From Desulfobacterales bacterium (GTDB lineage Bacteria; Desulfobacterota; Desulfobacteria; Desulfobacterales; JALSRD01), in NCBI GenBank assembly GCA_026984935.1, contig JALSRD010000028.1, positions 7,097-71,096 of the forward strand: a DNA stretch of 64,000 nucleotides. The letters run 5' to 3'. Under the pieces are notes generated by a model. It saw only the letters and a program-made list of their open reading frames with translations. It did no database searches and was not told the DNA's origin. The position numbers and the translations under genes are program-made. Shown here one piece after another: positions 20,535 to 31,100 of the stretch (positions within the stretch are counted from its first letter, which is position 1; each line of letters starts with the position of its first letter).

Positions 20535-22105
20535 AAATCGCCAGTGTTGCACAGATGCGCGGCATGGACCGCCGCGCCATCGAGACCTTCGGCATTGCAG
20601 ATGAGCTGCTCATGGAAAACGCCGGCCTGGCAGCCTATGCCGCCCTCTGCCGCGAGACCGGCGTGGCGCAAAAAACATTTGCCGTTCTCTGTGGAACGGG
20701 CAACAACGGCGGCGACGGGCTGGTCATCGCCCGTAAGATCCTCTCGGGCGGCGGACAGGTCCGCCTGTTCGTCTTGGGCGATGCCGGCCGCTTCCAGGGT
20801 GCCGCGGCGCTCAACTGGGAAATCGTGCGCCGGCTTCCCATCACCGCCTGCCAGCAGGCTGAACCGCATGCGGTTTCGGCGGCGCTCGCACAATGCGACG
20901 GCGTCGTCGACGCCCTGCTGGGCACCGGCCTGGCCCGTGATGTAAGGGGTGCCTACCGCCAAGTCATCCAGGCCGTCAATGCCAGCGGCAAACCGGTTCT
21001 GAGCGTCGACATCCCGTCGGGCATCAACGGCGACACGGGCCAGGTCATGGGTGCGGCCATACGCGCGCAGGCCACGGTGACCTTCGGCCTGCCCAAGCTC
21101 GGCAACATGCTCTATCCCGGATATGCCCACTGCGGCAGGCTTTACGCCACGCATATCTCCTTTCCGCCGTCGCTGTATGCCGGCGATGACCTGAAAATCG
21201 AAACCAGCCCGGCGATCGACCTGCCGCCGCGTGTGCCAAACGGCCACAAGGGCAGCTTCGGCAAGGTGCTATTCATCGCCGGCGCGGCAGCTTACCTGGG
21301 GGCGCCCTACTTTGCGGCGCGCGCCTTTGTCAAGGCCGGCGGCGGATACGCGCGCCTGGCGGCTCCGGCTTCCATCGTCCCGTCGATTGCGTCCCGGGCC
21401 CACGAGCTTGTCATGGTGCCACAGGCCGAAACCGCCGCCGGCAGCATTGCCGCCGCCAACCGGGAAAGTCTGCTGGCCCTGGCCGGCGAAATGGACATGG
21501 TCGTCATGGGCCCCGGCCTGTCGCTGGATCCCGAAACCGCCCGCCTGGTGCGCGCGCTGGCCGCCGACATTGACAAGCCCCTGCTCATCGACGGCGACGG
21601 CATCAGCGCGGTGTGCACAGCACCCGAGATTATCCGCCGGCGGCGCGCAGCAACCATTTTTACGCCCCACACGGGTGAAATGGCGAAAATGGCCGGCACC
21701 GCCATCGCCGAAATCGAGGCCGACAGGATCGGTGCGCTGCAGTCGCAGGCCCGACGATGGCAGGCCACCATCGTTTTAAAAGGCGCCCACTCGCAGATCG
21801 CCTTTGCCGATGACCGCATACATGTCAACCTGAGCGGAAATTCCGGCATGGCCACGGCCGGATCAGGCGATGTGCTCTGCGGCACCATTGCCGCCATGGC
21901 CGGTCTCGGCCTGCCGGTCGATGCGGCCGCAATCAAGGGGGTCTTCATCCACGGCCTGGCCGGAGACCTGGCGGCAGCCGACCTCGGCACTGACGGCATG
22001 ACGGCGGCGGATATCCTGCAGTATCTGCCGGCAGCCCTCAAAGCCGACCGCCAGGGGCTGCCCGCCCACTTGCGCAACCGCTACCGCATCGAGCGCCTGT
22101 TGTAA
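20531..22105 (+). CDS. nnr: bifunctional NAD(P)H-hydrate repair enzyme (epimerase + ADP-dependent dehydratase)
   Basis: MKIASVAQMRGMDRRAIE...CGTGNNGGDG is the YjeF-N part and HKGSFGKVL...GPGL...GSGDVL is the YjeF-C kinase-fold part. The track ORF starts earlier, at 20468. Confidence 0.9.
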   Translation: MKIASVAQMRGMDRRAIETFGIADELLMENAGLAAYAALCRETGVAQKTFAVLCGTGNNGGDGLVIARKILSGGGQVRLFVLGDAGRFQGAAALNWEIVRRLPITACQQAEPHAVSAALAQCDGVVDALLGTGLARDVRGAYRQVIQAVNASGKPVLSVDIPSGINGDTGQVMGAAIRAQATVTFGLPKLGNMLYPGYAHCGRLYATHISFPPSLYAGDDLKIETSPAIDLPPRVPNGHKGSFGKVLFIAGAAAYLGAPYFAARAFVKAGGGYARLAAPASIVPSIASRAHELVMVPQAETAAGSIAAANRESLLALAGEMDMVVMGPGLSLDPETARLVRALAADIDKPLLIDGDGISAVCTAPEIIRRRRAATIFTPHTGEMAKMAGTAIAEIEADRIGALQSQARRWQATIVLKGAHSQIAFADDRIHVNLSGNSGMATAGSGDVLCGTIAAMAGLGLPVDAAAIKGVFIHGLAGDLAAADLGTDGMTAADILQYLPAALKADRQGLPAHLRNRYRIERLL

Positions 22106-22148
22106 AATCCGCAAAAGGTTTAAGCGCCGAACCATGCGAGGGATAGAC

Positions 22149-25100
22149 ATGCCTGATAAGATTCGCGCCCTCGGCATCTGCCTGGGGGCTTCCACCGTTT
22201 CCGTAGTCCAGGTCGAGGCACCGCGGCCGTCGGCTGCCTGCATGACCGACCTTGCCGAAACCATTAAAAGCGCGCGCATCCGCGCCCATCACCTGTATCC
22301 CCATGAAGGGGCGCCCCGGCAAACCCTGCTGGCGGCCCTCAAAGAAATCGACATCGGCCGCTTCGAGCGCATCGCCGTCACGGGCCGCACCTTCCGCCAC
22401 TTTGTCAACCTGAGCGCCATCCCGGAACCCGAAGCCGTGGAGTACGCCTATGGCTATGCCAGACCGGCAGGTGTTTCCTGCCCCGCCGTCGTCTCGGCCG
22501 GCGGCGAAACTTTCATGGTCTACACCCTGAATGCGGCCGGCGAGATTTCCAATGTCATCACCGGCAACAAGTGCGCTTCCGGAACCGGCGAATTTTTCCT
22601 GCAGCAACTGCGGCGCATGAACGTATCCCTGGAAGCGGCCGCCAAGTGGGCGGCCGCTGAAGAACCCTACCGCGTTTCCGGCCGCTGCAGCGTTTTCTGC
22701 AAGTCGGACTGCACGCACGCCACCAACAAGGGCGTCCCCAAAGCCAGGGTCACGGCGGGGCTCTGCCGCATGATGGCCAACAAGGTGCTGGAGCTGCTAA
22801 AAAAGGTTCCGCGCCGGCACATCATGCTGACCGGCGGTACGGCCCGCAACCACATGATGGTGGCCTACCTGCAAAAAGAGATCGAGGACCTGATCGTACC
22901 GCCCCAGGCCGCCTATTTCGAAGCCCTGGGAGCGGGCCTGTGGGCGCTTGCCCATGAAACAGACCCTTTCCCGGGTCGCGAAAACCTGTTTAAATCCGAC
23001 TTTTCTTCTTTTGCACGCCTGGCCGCACTGAAAAATTTCAGCGACCAGGTGGACTTTAAAACGGTCAAACGGGAAGAGATCCACATCGGCGACACCTGCC
23101 TGCTGGGGCTCGACGTGGGGTCGACCACCACCAAGGCCGTACTGCTGCGCAAATCGGACAACGCCATCCTGGCGTCGGTCTACCTGCGCACCAGCGGTGA
23201 CCCGGTGGGCGCATCCCGCCGCTGCTACCGCCAGATCCTCGAAGACATCCGACAGCATGTCAACCCCGCCGATATTCGCATCATCGGCCTGGGGGTCTGC
23301 GGCTCCGGCCGGCAGATCGCCGGCCTGCACGCCCTGACGGACGGCATCATCAACGAAATCATCGCCCACGCGGCGGCGGCCGTGTTTTTCGACGCCGGTG
23401 TGGACACCATCTTTGAGATCGGGGGCCAGGATGCCAAATACACGTACATCACCAATGGTGTCCCCTCCGACTATGCCATGAACGAAGCCTGCTCGGCGGG
23501 TACCGGGTCTTTTCTCGAAGAAGCGGCGCTGGAAACCCTGGGCGTCGCCATGGAAGCCATCGGCGACATCGCCATCCGCGGCACCCGCCCGCCCAACTTC
23601 AACGACCAGTGTGCGGCGTTCATCGCATCCGACATCAAGAACGCCATCCATGAAGGCGTGGCACACGAGGACATCGTGGCCGGGCTGGTGTATTCCATCT
23701 GCATGAATTACGCCAACCGCGTCAAGGGCAACCGCCCGGTGGGCGAGAAGGTCTTTATGCAGGGCGGCGTGTGCTACAACCGGGCCGTGCCGCTGGCCAT
23801 GGCGGCGCTGATCGGCAAGCCCATCGTCGTACCGCCCGAACCGGGCCTCATGGGGGCCTTCGGCGCGGCCTTGGAAGTCAAGAAGCGCATCGCCGACGGC
23901 CTGCTGGACGAGGACCGCTTCGACCTGCAGGCCCTGGCGCAGCGGGAAGTCAGATACGGCAAGTCTTTTACCTGCGGCGGCGGCAGGGGGAAATGCGACC
24001 GGCGCTGCCGGATCGCCACCATCGAGCTGGACGGGAAGAAATTCCCCTTTGGCGGGGCCTGCAACCGCTATTACAACCTGCGGCACAACCTCCGCTACGA
24101 CGTCCAGTCCCTGGATCAGGTGCGGCGGCGCCAGAAGCTGGTATTTGAAAAATACGCACCGCCGTCTGTCCGTACGGGCGTGCGCCGCGGCAGCGTGGGC
24201 ATCACACGCAGTTTTCTGGTCAACACCTATTATCCCTTTTACGCCACTTTTTTCAACGAACTGGGATTCGACCTGATCGTACCGGATGCGCCGTCTGCCG
24301 AGGGCATCGACCGCCGCGAAGCGGCCTTCTGCTATCCGGCAGAGCTGGCCCACGGCTTCTTTCACCGCCTGCTTACCAGCACGCCGGCGCCCGATTTTAT
24401 TTTTCTGCCGCACTTCAAGGCGGTCCCCACGACCAACGGCACGGCCAGTTCACAGGTCTGCCCCATCGTGCAGGGCGAAACCTACTTTCTGCAAACGACC
24501 TTTGCCCGGGAACTGGACGCGCTGCGGCACACCGGCACCCGCCTGCTGGCACCGCTGCTGGACCTGACGCACGGCCTGGAAACCGCCCGCCGGCCGATGA
24601 CCACCATGGCGATGCGCATGGGCGTCGGCCGCCGCAGTGCGCGGCAGGCTTTTGAGCGCGCCGTCGACCAGCAGCGCCGCTGCCGGGCGGAAATGAAGGC
24701 CATCGGCAGCGCCGCGCTGGCGGATCTCAGAAAACGCCCCGACGGCATCGGCGTGGTAATCTTCGCACGCCCCTACAACGGTTTTGCCCCGGAAGCGCAC
24801 ATGGGCATCCCGCACAAACTGGCCTCACGCGGCGTACTGGTGATCCCGCTCGACTTTCTGCCCATCGAAGGCGAAAAAGCCAAACGCCACATGTACTGGG
24901 GCATGGGGCAGCTGATCCTGCAGGCCGCCCGCCTGGTCAAAAGAGACCCCCAGCTGTTCGCCACCTACATTACCAATTTTTCATGCGGGCCGGATTCATT
25001 CCTGATCGGATATTTCCGCAGCATCATGGGCCGCAAGCCCTCACTGACCCTGGAACTGGACAGCCACACCGCCGATGCCGGACTGGAAACCCGCATCGAA

Positions 25101-26522
25101 GCCTTCCTGGACATCGTCACCGCCTACCGGCACCTGAATGCGGACCGGCCGCCGGCAACGCAATCCACGCACTACGTGCCGGCCAAAACACTTTTAACAG
25201 ACGGACAACTGCGGGTGCAGACATCCTCCGGCGCGGTGCTGCCCATGCACGATCCGCGGGTGACTTTCATCTTCCCCTCCATGGGCCGTTACTCTTCCGA
25301 GGCCATGTCGGCGGTTTTCAGGGGAGCCGGCTTCAATGCCGTGGCCCAGTCGCCGGCCGATGAAAACGTCCTGAAACTGGGCCGTGCCAACACCTCCTGC
25401 AAAGAATGCCTGCCACTGATCCTGACCACCGGCGCCCTGCTGAAATCGTCCCACGAGAAACGCGCGGATGAAATCCTGGTGTACTTCATGCCCACCGGCC
25501 TGGGGCCCTGCCGTTTCGGCCAGTACTATATCTTCATGGAAGACCTGATCAAACGGCTGCAAATACCCGACGTGGCGATATTTGCGCTGTCAGGGGAGGA
25601 TGCCTATGCCGGGCTGGACAGCGGCTTCAACCGCCGCGGCTGGTGGGCCATCCTGGTGTCCGATTTCATCGAGGACATCCGTTCCATGCTGCTGGCCAAT
25701 GCCCGTGACACGCGCTCCGCCCTGGAGGTTTTCGAAAAAGAATGGTCGGACATCCTGGCGGCCCTCGAACAGGGCACCTTCGCCGCCCTGAAAACGCAGC
25801 TCGCACGAAGCGCCGTCCGCCTGAAAAACATAGCGCTGCAAAAGGCGCCCGCAGAGGTGCCCACGGTCACGCTCACCGGGGAGATATTTGTGCGGCGGGA
25901 CGCGCTTTCACGCCAGCACCTGACGGAGCAGCTGGCGCGCAAGGGGTTCGCCGCGCTGTGCTCACCCATTGCCGAGTGGGTGCGCTACACCGATTACCTG
26001 GTGCTGAAGGACAAGGTGCCCGACCCTGTTTCCAAAAAGGAAAAATTCGGCCTGCTGGTGAAACAGCACTACATGTCGCGCGATGAGAGGGCAATCAAGA
26101 AAATTCTGGCGCAAAGCGGCCTGATCTCAGACGCCGTAACGCAACTCAAGTCGGTCATCAAGACCGCCAGCCCCTACATGTCAATGGACCTGTGCGGTGA
26201 AGCCGTCCTGACCATCGGCGCCTCTCTGGCCGAGGTCGCCGAGCATACCTGCGGGGTCATCGCCATCGGTCCTTTCGGCTGCATGCCCAATCGGTTGTCG
26301 GAGGCCATTCTCAGTGAAACCATGACGCGCCGTGCCAAACTGAACGCATCACCTGACAGCCAGGAGTTGAAAGCCGTGCTGGCCGACATCGAGGACCTGC
26401 CCTTTCTGGCCATTGAAAGCGATGGGTCTCCCTTTCCGCAGACCATCAATGCCAAGCTGGAGAGTTTCTGCCTGCGTGCCAGGCGGCTGCACGGCCGCAT
26501 GCGCGCCGCGCATGCAAAGTAG
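22149..26522 (+). CDS. acyl-CoA dehydratase activase-related giant protein (2x BcrA/BadF/HgdC ATPase + C-terminal DUF2229-like regions)
   Basis: There are two ASKHA ATPase units (LGICLGASTVSVV...NKCASGTGEFF and LGLDVGSTTTKAVLL...NEACSAGTGSFLEE...NDQCAAF). They are followed by ~850 aa resembling the uncharacterised CoA-enzyme-activase C-terminal domains. The start is placed at ATG 22149 (GAGGGA upstream). Confidence 0.85.
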   Translation: MPDKIRALGICLGASTVSVVQVEAPRPSAACMTDLAETIKSARIRAHHLYPHEGAPRQTLLAALKEIDIGRFERIAVTGRTFRHFVNLSAIPEPEAVEYAYGYARPAGVSCPAVVSAGGETFMVYTLNAAGEISNVITGNKCASGTGEFFLQQLRRMNVSLEAAAKWAAAEEPYRVSGRCSVFCKSDCTHATNKGVPKARVTAGLCRMMANKVLELLKKVPRRHIMLTGGTARNHMMVAYLQKEIEDLIVPPQAAYFEALGAGLWALAHETDPFPGRENLFKSDFSSFARLAALKNFSDQVDFKTVKREEIHIGDTCLLGLDVGSTTTKAVLLRKSDNAILASVYLRTSGDPVGASRRCYRQILEDIRQHVNPADIRIIGLGVCGSGRQIAGLHALTDGIINEIIAHAAAAVFFDAGVDTIFEIGGQDAKYTYITNGVPSDYAMNEACSAGTGSFLEEAALETLGVAMEAIGDIAIRGTRPPNFNDQCAAFIASDIKNAIHEGVAHEDIVAGLVYSICMNYANRVKGNRPVGEKVFMQGGVCYNRAVPLAMAALIGKPIVVPPEPGLMGAFGAALEVKKRIADGLLDEDRFDLQALAQREVRYGKSFTCGGGRGKCDRRCRIATIELDGKKFPFGGACNRYYNLRHNLRYDVQSLDQVRRRQKLVFEKYAPPSVRTGVRRGSVGITRSFLVNTYYPFYATFFNELGFDLIVPDAPSAEGIDRREAAFCYPAELAHGFFHRLLTSTPAPDFIFLPHFKAVPTTNGTASSQVCPIVQGETYFLQTTFARELDALRHTGTRLLAPLLDLTHGLETARRPMTTMAMRMGVGRRSARQAFERAVDQQRRCRAEMKAIGSAALADLRKRPDGIGVVIFARPYNGFAPEAHMGIPHKLASRGVLVIPLDFLPIEGEKAKRHMYWGMGQLILQAARLVKRDPQLFATYITNFSCGPDSFLIGYFRSIMGRKPSLTLELDSHTADAGLETRIEAFLDIVTAYRHLNADRPPATQSTHYVPAKTLLTDGQLRVQTSSGAVLPMHDPRVTFIFPSMGRYSSEAMSAVFRGAGFNAVAQSPADENVLKLGRANTSCKECLPLILTTGALLKSSHEKRADEILVYFMPTGLGPCRFGQYYIFMEDLIKRLQIPDVAIFALSGEDAYAGLDSGFNRRGWWAILVSDFIEDIRSMLLANARDTRSALEVFEKEWSDILAALEQGTFAALKTQLARSAVRLKNIALQKAPAEVPTVTLTGEIFVRRDALSRQHLTEQLARKGFAALCSPIAEWVRYTDYLVLKDKVPDPVSKKEKFGLLVKQHYMSRDERAIKKILAQSGLISDAVTQLKSVIKTASPYMSMDLCGEAVLTIGASLAEVAEHTCGVIAIGPFGCMPNRLSEAILSETMTRRAKLNASPDSQELKAVLADIEDLPFLAIESDGSPFPQTINAKLESFCLRARRLHGRMRAAHAK

Positions 26523-26640
26523 CCCGAAATAAGGCCTTGATTTTTTGGTCTGAACATCCGATAGTCATAAGAGCAGCCTCAGATTAAAATGCCACACGGC
26601 ATTTCCGGCGGCAAATCCCCCCGGAACAAGGAGGGTATAA

Positions 26641-27066
26641 ATGAAAACTGACAGACGCGGTACCTGGACGGTTTTGGCGGTTGTGCTGCTCGGCGGCCTG
26701 CTGGTGAGCGGTCTGCTGGCTTTTTTCAGCGGCTGCGATATCGGCGGCTGCGACTGTGACAACGAAATCGACGACTTGCTGGCCAGCCAGGGCCAGCCGG
26801 ATACTTTCAACTTTCTGGACTCCACCGACGAGAGCATCTACACCTTTGTCTATATCGACAAGCTGAGCGATGCGGAAATTGCCAGCGGCGTTGAACCCAT
26901 GCAGACCGAGTACACCTTCCGCTGGGGGGACACCCTGACGGAGTGCTGCATCAAAAGCGTCAATCGGACGGCATTGGGCGGCAGCGGCACATCCACGGAC
27001 ACGGGCACCTCGACGGGCACGGACACTTCGACGGGCACGGACACATCCCCGGCCGGCGGCACTTAA
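26641..27066 (+). CDS. putative lipoprotein with Cys-rich N-terminus and Thr/Ser/Gly/Asp repeat tail
   Basis: AAGGAGGG SD. A signal peptide ends in FFSGC (lipobox-like). The mature N-terminus is CDIGGCDCDNE and the C-terminus is GTSTDTGTSTGTDTSTGTDTS. Confidence 0.6.
   Translation: MKTDRRGTWTVLAVVLLGGLLVSGLLAFFSGCDIGGCDCDNEIDDLLASQGQPDTFNFLDSTDESIYTFVYIDKLSDAEIASGVEPMQTEYTFRWGDTLTECCIKSVNRTALGGSGTSTDTGTSTGTDTSTGTDTSPAGGT
27011..27044 (+). repeat. 18-bp tandem coding repeat (cgacgggcacggacac + 2 nt, two copies)
   Basis: The direct repeat occurs at 27011-27026 and 27029-27044 and encodes the STGTDT units. Confidence 0.8.
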
Positions 27067-27127
27067 CCTCCATTCTGAACCGTCGAACCGACTTCCGGCC
27101 CGCAGACCGGCACCCAAGGCGGTCCCC

Positions 27128-28102
27128 ATGACGTCTTCCGCTTATCAACTTTTCCGGGAGCTGATGCAAAAGGGCCGCTACGCCGAGGCCGTCAGCCTGG
27201 CCCAGGCCGAGCAGCAGGCGGCCGCCCCGGACGACGCCTTCTGGTTGACACGCCAGGCAGCCGCGCTGCTGCGCCTCCGCGATTACACCGGTGCCCTGGC
27301 GGCCAGCCGACAGGCATTGGCGCGTCAGCCGGCCAACCCATACGCCAGCCTGACAACCGCCCAGGCCCTGTACGGCCTGAAACGCACCGCCGAAGCACTG
27401 CTGCACTACGAGGCCGCGGCCACGGAAAAAAAACTCGCCGCAACCGCCTGTAAAGGCGCCCTGGCCTGCCTGGCGCAGGGTAAACAGTGGCGCCGGATAC
27501 TCGATCGTCTGGCACTGTGGAAGCTTCCCGAAACCCAAACCCTTTACTGGAAGGCCAAGGCGCTGCAAGGCCTGGGCCGCACACAGGAGGCCGCCGATGT
27601 CTGCCGCAAATGGCTGCAGATATCACCGGACGCCCCCCGGGCACTGTGGATGCTGACGGAGCTCGAGATCCGCATCGAAGGCCTCGAAGCGGTGCGCACG
27701 CGCATGGGGCGCCTGGCCCGCATTTCATCACGTCCGCCGATCTACAAGGAAATCTTCGCTTCGCTCAGCCGCCGGTCCGGCCGGATTGCGGAAGCCCTCG
27801 CCCAGTATGAAACACTTGCCGACAGTACGGCCGACCCCCGCCTGCTCCGGCAGCGCGCCTTTACGCTGGCCAAGTCCGGCCGCGAAACAGAGGCCCTGCC
27901 CCTGCTGGAAGAACTGCTGAAAATCGATCCGGCCGATTTTTACCTGCATGCATCCTATACCGGCGCCTGCCGACGTATCAAACAGCTTGACAGGGCCTTG
28001 AAATTTTACGAAGATCTGCTGGACATGCACCCCGCCCAGAAAGGCCTTTACACCCGTATGCGCAATATCCGAAAACTGCTGGACCCCGATGAAACCCTTT
28101 GA
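27128..28102 (+). CDS. TPR-repeat protein
   Basis: 324 aa that is helical throughout, with repeated A/L/Y-spaced 34-aa-like units (e.g. YAEAVSLAQAEQ, ALAASRQALARQPANPYA, EALPLLEELLKIDPADFY). Its stop overlaps the next start by 14 nt. Confidence 0.8.
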   Translation: MTSSAYQLFRELMQKGRYAEAVSLAQAEQQAAAPDDAFWLTRQAAALLRLRDYTGALAASRQALARQPANPYASLTTAQALYGLKRTAEALLHYEAAATEKKLAATACKGALACLAQGKQWRRILDRLALWKLPETQTLYWKAKALQGLGRTQEAADVCRKWLQISPDAPRALWMLTELEIRIEGLEAVRTRMGRLARISSRPPIYKEIFASLSRRSGRIAEALAQYETLADSTADPRLLRQRAFTLAKSGRETEALPLLEELLKIDPADFYLHASYTGACRRIKQLDRALKFYEDLLDMHPAQKGLYTRMRNIRKLLDPDETL

Positions 28103-31100
28103 CACCATCGGTGACCTGATCGACGTGCCACCCGTCCGCACCGTGGTGCAGCTCGAAGACGGCCGCCGGCGCACACGCGCCATCCTGCACAGCTTTGTTT
28201 TCACCGCTGAAACCGCCGCCCACCTGACGGTGCTCACCGACGCCCTGCAGAAGGAACACGGCCGCGGGTTCTTCCTGATGGGCGACTTCGGCGCGGGCAA
28301 ATCACATTTCCTGGCCTTCCTGAGCGCCTGGCTGTCCGATCCGCCGCCGGCCGATGTGCTGACCTCCCACCATGCCGGCCTGGCACAACTGCAGGCATCC
28401 GGCCGTCGTTTCCTGACCCTGCCGATCTCGCTGATCCGCTACCGCGCCGGCACGCCCCTGGAGCGTATCGTCATCGAAGGCCTGGAAAACGCGCTGGCAT
28501 CGGTCGGCACCCGCGTGCAGCTCAGTCCGATAAGGCGCTTCCTGAAAACTTTCAGGGCCCTTCTGAAGGACGGGGCAGCCGCTGACAACTACGCCCGGCA
28601 ACTGGCCGTCACGACAGCCGACATCGACACCTATATCGATGCGCATCCGCGCCAGGCCTACGTCCAGGCACTGCGTTTTTTAAAGTCTTCCGGTATGCAG
28701 ACGCCGGAATCCCTGCTGGAGGAACGTCATGAGACCTTTGCACGGGCGCTGACCGCCGTGGCCGCGGCCGGCTTCGATGGAACCTTGCTGCTCATCGACG
28801 AGCTGTCCGAGTTTTTCCGCGCCAAGGCGGACGCCCGCTCCCTGAACGAAGACGCGCGCACGCTGCAGTTTCTCGGTGAGCTCTGCGAAAGCCACCCCCT
28901 GTGGATCATCGCCGCCGTCCAGGAGAGCATCGAACGTACCGGCGACATCGCCCAGGTCACCTTCAAGAAGATCAAGGACCGCTTTCCGCTGAAAATGGTT
29001 CTGTCCACGCTGCACATCAAGTCCCTCATCGCCGAGCGTCTGGTGCGGCCCAAACCGGGAAGCGCGTCCCGGATACGGGAGGTGTTTGACTACCTGAAGC
29101 AGCAGTTTCCGGAGATGCACTGGAATTTCGAGGATTTCCGGCACACCTATCCGGTGCACCCGCTGACCATCGACCTGCTTGACGGCCTGGGCGACCTTTT
29201 TTCGGAACACCGCGGCATTGTTGATTTCGTGCACTGCCAACTGGCCGGCGACCATAACCGCAATATCGCGGGCATTCTCGACCGCCCGGCTTACGAACTG
29301 CTGGCGCCGGACAGCATCTACACGCATTTTTGCGACCGCATGGCCGAATTTTCGGCTTTCAACGTCTATCCGCGCCACATTGTACCGCACCTGGACACGG
29401 TTATTGCACAGGCTTTCGACAGCCCGTCGGACCGCCGCCTGGCGCGGCGCATCGTGCGCATGCTGGTTTTGTACGCCATTCATCCCACGGCCGACCCGCC
29501 TCCGGTCAAAGTGCTCGCCGGCCTGTGTACGGCTGCGATCTCGGACACCGACCCGGCGTTGAACGTCGAATTCGTGGCTGAGGCCATTCTCGACCCCCTG
29601 GTCACGGCCAGCAAGTTCCTGGTCAGGGCATCCCCGCCGGCAACCGACGCCATGGATGCCGTCTACCGCGTCACCACAAAAGAAGACCCTGCCAAGCGGC
29701 TGGGGCAACGCATCGCGCAGCGGGCTGCGGAAATTCCGCCCGAAGACCGCCGCCTTTTGTTGGCACCGCTGGCGCTGCTGGAGGAATCGCCGTCCTGGCC
29801 GGGACCCGAACTGCTCGCCGAGGGGCTGTACCGCCCGGTTCGCTGGCGCCAGAGCATCCGCCGCGCGTGGGCCTGTTTCAGCACGGCCCGTGACCCCGAA
29901 ACCCTGCGCCGCGACATTGTCCGCCGCCTGGACAGCGGCGAAGCCGACTTTGCCGTGGTTTTTGCCTTTGCAGAAACCGCCCCCGATCTGCAACACACCG
30001 CCGCCTGGCAGTTTCCGGTGCCGCCGCAACCCGGCCAGCTGGATGCACTGCGCGAGTATGCTGCGGCCGTCCAGGTGGCGGCCGAACTGCGCCCCGGCAA
30101 CCCGGCCGACGCGGCCCTGATCGAGCCGGCGGAACACGCCCTGGCACAACTGGCCCCGGCTGCCTGCCATACCGCGCTGGAAGTCTTCTATGCCGGCAGG
30201 TTCAGCGATACCGGCATGCCGGTGGAAAACGTGATCCGGCAGCTGAAGCGCTTCGACCGCCTGCTGGAGATTGCCGGGCAGTACCTGCTTGAAAAACGCT
30301 ATCCCGCCTTCCGGCAGGTCGCGCCGCGCCGTGTCGTACCGTCGGCTGCACTCTACCAGCGCCTGATCGATGCCTTCGTGGCCCCGGGCAGAATCAGCCT
30401 GCAACAGGCCCACCGGCAGAAACTTGCCGACGCCATCGACGGCCTGGCCCGCCCGTTGGGACTGGTCGAGCTCAAATCCGGGGCCTACGTGCTCTCACCG
30501 GACCCGGAAAACCACGCCCTGATTTCAGAGGTCTTCTCCCGCATCCGGGCGTCCGGCCAGACCGATCTCAAAACGCTCATGCAGCAGCTTCGCACGGGCG
30601 CCTTCGGTCTGCCGGCCGACACCGCCGCCTTTTTCATCAGCGCCCTGGCATACGGCGGCCTGATTACGCTGCTCAAGGGCGGACGCACCTTCCCGGTGGA
30701 GATGCTGGGAATGCTCTCTGTGGAGAAACTGGATGCCGTCGCACCCGGCGAGCTGATCAGCCGCAGTGACCGCAGCACGCTGACAGCCGAATGCCCCTTT
30801 CTGGCACCGCCGGACGGCTGGGGCGCCTTCGGGCTGAAACAGCAGCGCACAGCCTGGCAGATGCTGACAAGATTCCGCGAGCGCGCACGCCGGATTGTGG
30901 AAGACATCCGAACCCACATGGACTCCATGTCGGATTTCTCATCATTCCAGCATTTTGATATGCAGGAACTCAATCGGCGCCTGAATGCGCTGGACCAGGT
31001 GGCCAGCGAAATCAAGGTCTCTTACCACGCCCGCGAAGGCCTGGAACGCTTTCTGAGTGCCTGGCGCGGCGCGCAGCTCACCGCTGCACACCTTCAATGG

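Noticed and set aside
22797-24413. 538-aa minus-strand ORF. The same applies to 28680-30413 (577 aa), 17359-18270, 10585-12048 and 13797-14915.
   Set aside because: All are antisense or off-frame to genes with strong motif support. Their compositions are Arg/Gly/Ala/His-biased and they lack SD-start contexts.
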